The translations under genes were made by a program, and so were the position numbers. Shown piece after piece: positions 57,340 to 64,000 of a stretch of DNA of 64,000 nt. Source of the DNA: Actinomycetota bacterium (GTDB taxonomy: Bacteria; Actinomycetota; Actinomycetes; Nanopelagicales; Nanopelagicaceae). Under the pieces are notes generated by a model. The model was not told the DNA's origin and made no database searches. It saw only the letters and a program-made list of their open reading frames with translations. Position 1 is the stretch's first letter, and each line of letters opens with the position of its first letter. Location of the stretch: positions 21,835-85,834 of the forward strand of contig VGAL01000001.1 in NCBI GenBank assembly GCA_016870715.1, given 5' to 3'.

Positions 57340-57877
57340 CATCACCGCGCTTCTTGATTCAGAGCGCGAACGCCCCGTTTTCCTCGTCATTGATGGGCCG
57401 GCAGGAGCAGGAAAGACGACGCTCGCACGGGAGATAGTCACCTCGATGGGCCAGGGTGAGGTAATCCATTGCGATGACCTCTACAACGGTTGGCATGATG
57501 CGCTCACACCTACTTTGGAGAAACACTTTCGTGAGTGGATCATTGAGCCACTAAATAAATCTCGCATGCCGCGTTACCGGAAATACAATTGGAGATCAGG
57601 CGGTTACGAGAGTGAAATCGAAGTGCCTAGCACTCGCCTTCTCATACTAGAGGGGGTAGGCGCAGCGCTTAAAAGTGTGACGGATTTTGCCGACCTCTCC
57701 ATCTGGATGGAGATTGCCCCATCATTGGGGTTAGCGCGAGTTCTCAAGCGCGATGGCCCACAAATCGAAGAAGAGATGGTTACGTGGATAGCGAAGCAGG
57801 CTGAGTTTTTTGCAGAGCATCACAATCGAGAAAACTGCTCGATCCATTTACCTTACGGAGCGCCTGCCGAGCGCTAA
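57317..57877 (+). CDS. P-loop kinase, uridine kinase/PRK-like, substrate unknown
   Basis: 186 aa with Walker A VIDGPAGAGKTTLA and LLILEGVG. The start overlaps the Pnu gene by 23 nt. Confidence 0.7.
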   Translation: MHNALFDNITALLDSERERPVFLVIDGPAGAGKTTLAREIVTSMGQGEVIHCDDLYNGWHDALTPTLEKHFREWIIEPLNKSRMPRYRKYNWRSGGYESEIEVPSTRLLILEGVGAALKSVTDFADLSIWMEIAPSLGLARVLKRDGPQIEEEMVTWIAKQAEFFAEHHNRENCSIHLPYGAPAER

Positions 57878-57902
57878 CCGGGGAATTTCATAGACTTTTG
57901 GA

Positions 57903-59837
57903 GTGTCGGACCGAGTAGGCGAAATCATCGATAGCCGTTATCAGATAACGAGCTTAATCTCCCGCGGTGGCATGGCAACTGTCTACTCAGCGATGGACTC
58001 TCGCCTTGATCGAACTGTTGCCATCAAAATCATGCATGAACATCTCGCTCAAGATGAAGAGTTCGTCTCACGCTTTATTCGTGAGGCAAAAGCAGCGGCA
58101 GCGCTCTCCCACCCAAATCTAGTTCAGGTATATGACCAAGGATGGAATCAAGGCGGGATACCCGCTGTCTTTCTTGTAATGGAATATATCCCAGGCGCAA
58201 CCTTGCGCGATCACCTCTTTGCAGTCGGACAACTGGGTGCCAAGGAATCGCTCGAGATAATCGAGCAAGTTCTCTCTGCACTTGTTTATGCTCATCGTGC
58301 CGGCATCATCCATCGAGATATCAAGCCGGAGAACATCATGATTACCGCGGATGGCAGAGCCAAACTTGGCGATTTCGGTCTGGCGCGTGCAGTGAGTACG
58401 GGAAATACGCTAACTGCCGATGCAAATGTTCTGATGGGAACTGTTGCATACCTTGCTCCTGAACAAGTACAACGTGGGATTGCCGATGCAAAGAGTGATA
58501 TCTACTCTCTGGGAATCGTGCTCTTTGAAATGCTCACCGGAAAGAAGCCCTATGAGGGTGATTCGCCAATCCAAATCGCCTATCGCCACGTTCACGACCG
58601 AGTCCCTGCCCCTTCGACTCTCGTGCCAGCAATTACAAAAGACCTCGATCTGCTCGTCTTGCGTGCGACTGCTCCAGATCCAGGTTTGCGTTATCAAAAT
58701 GTCGGTGAATTTCAGGAATCGATACGGAAGAGTTTGCTCCTGCTCGATCCAGATGAGCAACAATTGAGTCTGCCGCTGGGCATTCCTGAAGAGTTGCGTC
58801 GAGTCAGCAAATACTCCAGCAAAGAGCCGAGAAAGAATGTAAGGAGAGTGTCACCTGATAGCGAGAGAAAGAGTGCGGAACGGAAAACTGAGATGACCAA
58901 TCCAAAGGTAAGCAATACTGCAGAGATTCGGCGGCGGACCTCCAAGCGTGTTCGTCGTAATCGATTTATTGCCGTGGCTATTGCAGCCCTGATTGGCATT
59001 GCGGGTTGGTATCAACTCTTTGGACCAGGCTCTCAAAGCGCGATTCCTTCAGTGGTTGGTGCTACGAAGAGCGAAGCGGTAGAGACGATGGCCACCTTGG
59101 GGGTAAAGGTAAAAGTAACAAAGAATACATTTGATGAGTTGGTGCCGAAGGGCAAGATCATCTCAATGGCTCCCCCGGCGGGAAGTCGCCTTGGTGAGGG
59201 TGAGAGTATTTCCGTGATTATCTCCAAGGGACCCGAGCGTTACTCCATTCCCAATCTCAAAGGAAAGAGTGTTTCGCAGGCAACGGTGGCGCTTGCAAAT
59301 GAGAAGATACTCATTGGCAAGACTGAAGAAGCTTTCAGTGCGATTATCCCTAAAGGTCAGATCATCTCAGTGAGCCCTGAGCCAGGAACATTGGTGAAGA
59401 AAAATACCGAAGTCAACTTGTTAGTAAGTAAAGGCGAAGAATTAATTTCGCTCACTAGCTATATTGGTAAGAGTAGCGAACAGGCGCTCAATGAATTAAC
59501 TGATGCAGGTTTTGAGGTGACCCAGAAAGATACATTTAGCGACTCCTACCCGATTGGAATTGTGATCGCGCAAAAACCTGAAACACCTGAACTTGTCAAA
59601 GGCGGAAAAGTCGCGTTAACGGTCTCCAAAGGTCCTGAAAAAATTAAAGTGCCAACTGGAGTGCTTAAACTGGATGAGGGTAAGGCAGTGAAGTTGCTCG
59701 AGGATTATGGGTTTACTGTGAAGGTGCTCAAGCCTGCAAAAACCCCTAAAGGTAAAAAGCTCACCGTCATCAAAGTCACGCCAAGTGAAGGAGCGCTAGT
59801 TAAGCCAAATTCGGAAATTACCATCGAATTGAAGTAG
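57903..59837 (+). CDS. Ser/Thr protein kinase with four extracellular PASTA domains
   Basis: 644 aa. HRDIKPENIM, GDFGLAR, APEQ, one TM (FIAVAIAALIGIAGWY), then four PASTA-like repeats of about 65 aa. GTG start. Confidence 0.92.
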   Translation: MSDRVGEIIDSRYQITSLISRGGMATVYSAMDSRLDRTVAIKIMHEHLAQDEEFVSRFIREAKAAAALSHPNLVQVYDQGWNQGGIPAVFLVMEYIPGATLRDHLFAVGQLGAKESLEIIEQVLSALVYAHRAGIIHRDIKPENIMITADGRAKLGDFGLARAVSTGNTLTADANVLMGTVAYLAPEQVQRGIADAKSDIYSLGIVLFEMLTGKKPYEGDSPIQIAYRHVHDRVPAPSTLVPAITKDLDLLVLRATAPDPGLRYQNVGEFQESIRKSLLLLDPDEQQLSLPLGIPEELRRVSKYSSKEPRKNVRRVSPDSERKSAERKTEMTNPKVSNTAEIRRRTSKRVRRNRFIAVAIAALIGIAGWYQLFGPGSQSAIPSVVGATKSEAVETMATLGVKVKVTKNTFDELVPKGKIISMAPPAGSRLGEGESISVIISKGPERYSIPNLKGKSVSQATVALANEKILIGKTEEAFSAIIPKGQIISVSPEPGTLVKKNTEVNLLVSKGEELISLTSYIGKSSEQALNELTDAGFEVTQKDTFSDSYPIGIVIAQKPETPELVKGGKVALTVSKGPEKIKVPTGVLKLDEGKAVKLLEDYGFTVKVLKPAKTPKGKKLTVIKVTPSEGALVKPNSEITIELK

Positions 59838-59848
59838 CCTGGCGCCTC

Positions 59849-60718
59849 ATGGGAGCGAGTGCGAAAATTGAGAAAAATCGGATTGGCGCTCATGTGCCCA
59901 CCTCAGGTGGATTAGTTAAACGGGCCCTGGGTTATGCCAAAACGATTGAAGCGGAAACTATCCAGATTTTCGCCTCCAATCCACGCGGTTGGGCAATGCC
60001 CGACGCAAATCCCGCAGCGGATAAAGAATTTCGCGCTGCAGCAGAATCCATGGATATCACTACATATGTGCATGCTCCATTCCTAATAAACCTTGGTTCT
60101 CCAACTGAAGCGACCTTTGACAACTCTCTAGCATCCACCGAATACTCCCTCAAGAGAAGTCGTGATTTAGGGGCCCTTGGCGCAGTGATACATACCGGAT
60201 CTGCAGTAAAAGAGGAGTTTGTCGAGCAAGCATGGAAGCAAATCCATGATGGGATGATGCCAATACTTGAGCGCTTGAAGGAAAGTGATCCATTTCTCCT
60301 ACTTGAGCCCACAGCAGGGCAGGGTCAATCACTCGTACGTCGACTTGAAGAATTAATCAAGTACTTCGATGCTCTCGAGCATCATCCTAAGGTGGGAATC
60401 TGTATCGATACCTGCCACGTCTTTGCCGCCGGACATGACATAGCCAAGAAGAATGGTGTTGAAGAGATGCTCGGTGCGCTTACCGCTCTGATTCCGAGTG
60501 ATCGAATCAAATTGGTCCATGCAAACGATTCAATGGACATTTGCGGAGCGCTTAAGGATCGCCATCAATCTATTGGCGCTGGTCACATAGGTGAGAAACC
60601 TTTTGCGACTCTGATGGCCCATCCCGCGATGGTTGGAGTGCCCTTTATTTTGGAGACGCCCGGCGAAGAACCTGAGCATGGTAAGGAAGTAAAGATTCTC
60701 AAGAAGTTGCGCGGATGA
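59849..60718 (+). CDS. nfo: deoxyribonuclease IV (AP endonuclease, family 2)
   Basis: 289 aa with VHAPFLINLGS, IDTCH and VHANDS. Confidence 0.9.
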   Translation: MGASAKIEKNRIGAHVPTSGGLVKRALGYAKTIEAETIQIFASNPRGWAMPDANPAADKEFRAAAESMDITTYVHAPFLINLGSPTEATFDNSLASTEYSLKRSRDLGALGAVIHTGSAVKEEFVEQAWKQIHDGMMPILERLKESDPFLLLEPTAGQGQSLVRRLEELIKYFDALEHHPKVGICIDTCHVFAAGHDIAKKNGVEEMLGALTALIPSDRIKLVHANDSMDICGALKDRHQSIGAGHIGEKPFATLMAHPAMVGVPFILETPGEEPEHGKEVKILKKLRG

Positions 60719-61587
60719 CTCGAAGAATTCAGATTATTGCACTGCTTGCCCTCACATCTGTGGCTGCAGTCTGGGGGGCATCATTTGTCTTGATGAAGGA
60801 TGCGCTCAAAGGGCAGAGCGTCGATGACTTTCTCGCTACCCGATTTATCATCGCCACTATTGCCCTAATTCTCTTTCGCCCGCAAGCGCTCAAAGAAATC
60901 AATCTCGAGATGGTGATGAAAGGTTCACTCTTAGGGCTATTTCTTGGATCCGGTTACCTCTTTCAAACGATTGGACTCCATCTCACGACAGCAGCTACAA
61001 CTGGTTTTATTACTGGTCTCTATGTTGTCTTCACACCCATACTCGGTGCGCTCTTCCTTAAATCAAGCGTGACCCGGAATGAATGGATAGGAGTGGTAAT
61101 GGCAACAGTCGGTCTTGCGCTCTTATCATTCAAAGGCTTTTCAATCGGACTTGGCGAACTCTCAGTCTTGTTGAGCGCGCTCTTCTTCGCATTTCATATC
61201 CTGGGGCTTGGTCGATGGTCGGGAAGATTTGCCACCTATCCCCTGACTATTGTGCAATTAGGAACTATCGCGATTTTGAATTCATTACTTGCCCTAGTCG
61301 ATGATGGGTATGAACCGCCGAATACCAATCAAGAGTGGACTGCGACAATCTTTACCGCGCTACTTGCCACCTCGCTCGCATTTCTCGTGCAGACATGGTC
61401 GCAATCAAAAATGGATGCAACTGTCGTTGCCGTGGTCCTCACCTTAGAGGTGGTTTTTGCCGCTCTCTTTGCCGTGATTGCTGGGCAAGAATCACTCACA
61501 CTTCGTGCAATTCTGGGTGGAACGCTAATTTTCGCAGCGATGATATTGATGCAACTAAGAGTAGAGAGTAGAGAAACTACTCAATAA
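60715..61587 (+). CDS. EamA/DMT-family transporter
   Basis: 290 aa with 10 TM segments in two similar halves. ATGA overlap with nfo. Confidence 0.82.
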   Translation: MTRRIQIIALLALTSVAAVWGASFVLMKDALKGQSVDDFLATRFIIATIALILFRPQALKEINLEMVMKGSLLGLFLGSGYLFQTIGLHLTTAATTGFITGLYVVFTPILGALFLKSSVTRNEWIGVVMATVGLALLSFKGFSIGLGELSVLLSALFFAFHILGLGRWSGRFATYPLTIVQLGTIAILNSLLALVDDGYEPPNTNQEWTATIFTALLATSLAFLVQTWSQSKMDATVVAVVLTLEVVFAALFAVIAGQESLTLRAILGGTLIFAAMILMQLRVESRETTQ

Positions 61588-62077
61588 CTCCCTCGTGGCG
61601 TAGTAACCAGCTCTTCTTTCCTATCCCATAACCATAATTTCCCAGTGAACCATCGCTGCGAATGATTCGATGGCAGGGAATTATCGGCGCTATAGCATTA
61701 CGTCCACATGCACTTCCTGCTGCCCGCACCGCTGCTGGGGATCCCGCTCTCATTGCTAAATCTGCATAGCTAATGACCTTTCCTACCGGAATCTTCCGCA
61801 TTGCGCGCCATGCCCTCTGGCTAAATGCACTCCCTGGTTGTCGCACTTCAAGGGTGTTAAAGGCGTTGATGTCGCCATCGAAGTAATCGTCAATCAGAGC
61901 GGTAATCCACCTACCCTTACTATCGGTGGTTACCTTGCGGGTTTGGTCGGTGTTGGAAAGTTTCTGGCGAAGCGCTGAAAAACTTGAGAATCCCGCCGCG
62001 AGGAGAACATGTTCGTCGGTAATGAGATAGAGCGAGCCAATAGGTGTAGCCACCTTAAGTTGTGCGAGCGGCTTCAT
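61577..62077 (-). CDS. ogt: methylated-DNA--protein-cysteine methyltransferase
   Basis: 166 aa with IIPCHRIIRSDGSLGNY active site. Confidence 0.92.
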   Translation of the reverse strand: MKPLAQLKVATPIGSLYLITDEHVLLAAGFSSFSALRQKLSNTDQTRKVTTDSKGRWITALIDDYFDGDINAFNTLEVRQPGSAFSQRAWRAMRKIPVGKVISYADLAMRAGSPAAVRAAGSACGRNAIAPIIPCHRIIRSDGSLGNYGYGIGKKSWLLRHEGVIE

Positions 62078-62086
62078 CTATTTCTC

Positions 62087-63433
62087 TTAGCGCGCTTGCA
62101 ACATCTCTGCAACGAGGAAGGCTAGTTCGAGCGATTGGGTGTGATTAAGACGCGGATCGCATGCAGTCTCATAGCGCGATGCAAGATCTTCATGAGAGAT
62201 CTCCATGCCGCCACCGACACACTCAGTGACATCATCACCCGTTAATTCGATGTGGATTCCACCAGGGTGTGTTCCCAATCTGCGATGGACCTCAAAGAAT
62301 CCACGGACCTCATCGAGGACATCATCAAACTTACGGGTCTTATACCCACTCGGAGCCTCGTAGGTATTGCCATGCATAGGATCACAGACCCAGAGCACTT
62401 CGGCTCCCGCTTTCTGAACTCCCTCAACAATTGGTGGGAGCGCCTGGCGGATGACGCCCGCGCCCATCCGAGTAATCAGGGTTATGCGCCCTGGTTCACG
62501 ATCAGGATCCAATCTGTTGATGAGCGCCATCACTTCATCAACTGTTGCTTTCGGGCCAATCTTGATGCCAATCGGATTTTTGATCTTGGCACAGAAATCA
62601 ACATGGGCGCCATCTAGTTGTCTGGTTCGCTCACCAATCCAGACGAAGTGCGCCGAGACATCGTAAGGATCCCCAGTGCGGGAGTCGATACGAGTTAAGG
62701 CCTTCTCGTATTCGAGGATTAGCGCCTCATGACTGGAAAAGAGATCTACCGAACGGAATTGATCTGCATCAATTCCGGCAGATTTCATAAAAGCCAATGC
62801 GCGCCCAATCTCATTTGCCATCTGCTCATAACGCTCGCCAAAGGCAGCATCACGGATAAACCCTTTATTCCATTCATGCACGCGACGCAGGTCAGCGAAT
62901 CCACCTTGAGTGAAAGCGCGAACTAGATTGAGCGTCATTGCTGAGGTGTGATAGACCTTTACCAAACGTTGTGGATCTGGGGTGCGCGAAGGAAGATCGA
63001 AGGCGAGATCATTGACTGCATCGCCACGATAGGCAGGAAGTGTCACGCCATCTCGAGTCTCAGTATCTTTACTCCGCGGCTTAGCAAACTGTCCTGCCAT
63101 TCGCCCGACCTTCACCACCGGAAGGCTGGCGCCATATTGCAAGACTGCAGCCATCTGCAAAATCGTCTTGATGCGATTTCGAATTGAATCTGCTGTTGCG
63201 CCAGTGAAGGTCTCGGCGCAATCCCCGCCTTGTAGCCAGAAGGCCTCACCACGGGCTGCTTGAGCAATTCGACGCTTCAACTCATCACACTCTCCAGCAA
63301 AGACCAGCGGTGGAAAGGTGCGCAACTCAGCGACTGCGCTGGCAAGTGCGCTCGGGTCAGGCCATTGTGGTTGTTGGGCTGCCACTAACGAAGAATCAAA
63401 GAGATTCTCTAGGGACGGGTTGTTGGAGTTCAT
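62087..63433 (-). CDS. aroG: class II 3-deoxy-7-phosphoheptulonate (DAHP) synthase
   Basis: 448 aa. Length and sequence fit the plant/actinobacterial class II type (FAGECDELK-like, GDCAE, KPRS). Confidence 0.9.
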   Translation of the reverse strand: MNSNNPSLENLFDSSLVAAQQPQWPDPSALASAVAELRTFPPLVFAGECDELKRRIAQAARGEAFWLQGGDCAETFTGATADSIRNRIKTILQMAAVLQYGASLPVVKVGRMAGQFAKPRSKDTETRDGVTLPAYRGDAVNDLAFDLPSRTPDPQRLVKVYHTSAMTLNLVRAFTQGGFADLRRVHEWNKGFIRDAAFGERYEQMANEIGRALAFMKSAGIDADQFRSVDLFSSHEALILEYEKALTRIDSRTGDPYDVSAHFVWIGERTRQLDGAHVDFCAKIKNPIGIKIGPKATVDEVMALINRLDPDREPGRITLITRMGAGVIRQALPPIVEGVQKAGAEVLWVCDPMHGNTYEAPSGYKTRKFDDVLDEVRGFFEVHRRLGTHPGGIHIELTGDDVTECVGGGMEISHEDLASRYETACDPRLNHTQSLELAFLVAEMLQAR

Positions 63434-63464
63434 TCTCTTATCGCACCTATCTCATATCTGTCTG

Positions 63465-64000
63465 TCATCCGAAGAAGGTCTCGGACTCGGCGTAAAGGGC
63501 AGGATCGACTAATTTCAACTTTTCGGTAGCTGCTGCAAGTGGAACTCGGACAATATTGGTCCCCTGGAGTGCAACCATCTTTCCCCAATCACCATCGTGA
63601 ATCGCTGTGATGGCATGGAGTCCAAATCGAGTTGCTAAGACTCGATCAAATGCAGTCGGAGTACCACCGCGTTGAATATGCCCCAAGACTGAAACTCGCG
63701 CCTCTTTTCCAGTTCGAGTCTCAATCTCTTTGGCGAGCCATTCGCCGATACCCGATAACTTCACATGTCCAAAGGCATCGAGAGAACCATCTTTCGTGAC
63801 GATGCTTCCCGCTTGTGGGAGCGCACCTTCTGCCACGACGATGATGGGTGCGTAATTGTATTTGTAACGCGATTCGACATACTCACAGACTTTTTCGATA
63901 GAGAATGGAACTTCAGGGATGAGAATGCAGGATGCACCGCCGGCTAATCCGGAGTGGAGTGCAATCCAACCAGCATGACGTCCCATCACTTCGACGATCA
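63465..64000 (-). CDS. pfkA: 6-phosphofructokinase, C-terminal part (5' end beyond the window)
   Basis: MGRHAGWIALHSGLAGGA and GHIQRGG motifs. The frame is open to the window end. Confidence 0.88.
   Translation of the reverse strand, partial: IVEVMGRHAGWIALHSGLAGGASCILIPEVPFSIEKVCEYVESRYKYNYAPIIVVAEGALPQAGSIVTKDGSLDAFGHVKLSGIGEWLAKEIETRTGKEARVSVLGHIQRGGTPTAFDRVLATRFGLHAITAIHDGDWGKMVALQGTNIVRVPLAAATEKLKLVDPALYAESETFFG

Overview
64-kb stretch of a compact, roughly 50% GC Actinomycetota chromosome. Gene order follows the conserved Streptomyces/Mycobacterium core: trp, his, dnaE, lspA, ileS, the division/cell-wall (dcw) cluster, dnaE2/dinB, idsA/metF, a Ser/Thr kinase and aroG. The window is almost entirely coding, with many 4-nt GTGA/ATGA stop-start overlaps and several tail-to-tail gene overlaps. 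Content in order: trpB (partial)-trpC-trpE; hisI-hisF-priA-hisH-hisB-hisC-hisD; dnaE; rluD-like; lspA; a histone-tail/DksA-finger protein; ileS; yggT-sepF-yggS-pgeF-ftsZ-ftsQ-murC-murG-ftsW-murD-mraY-murF-murE-ftsI-ftsL-rsmH-mraZ; flavin reductase, nnrD, DUF3040; a dnaE2-dinB pair behind a perfect LexA box; an orphan secreted protein; SDR, DoxX, TauE, YbaK. Then a two-part carotenoid locus: a tailoring operon (alpha/beta hydrolase, crtA-like, cruF-like, GT2, crtD-like) and the core genes crtE-crtI-crtB with crtYc/Yd. Last come a THI-box-like leader with a PnuC-family transporter and a P-loop kinase, a PASTA kinase, nfo, EamA, ogt, class II DAHP synthase and pfk (partial). I saw no rRNA, tRNA, CRISPR, transposase or prophage signal, and no convincing wholly new multi-gene system. 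The best leads are: (1) the TPP-riboswitch-like leader + Pnu transporter + overlapping uncharacterised kinase; (2) the glycosyl-carotenoid tailoring operon; (3) the SOS-box dnaE2-dinB operon without imuA'/imuB, plus its divergent orphan secreted protein; (4) divIVA missing from its conserved slot; (5) a probable AUU start for lspA. All family calls come from reading the supplied translations and motifs, with no database search.
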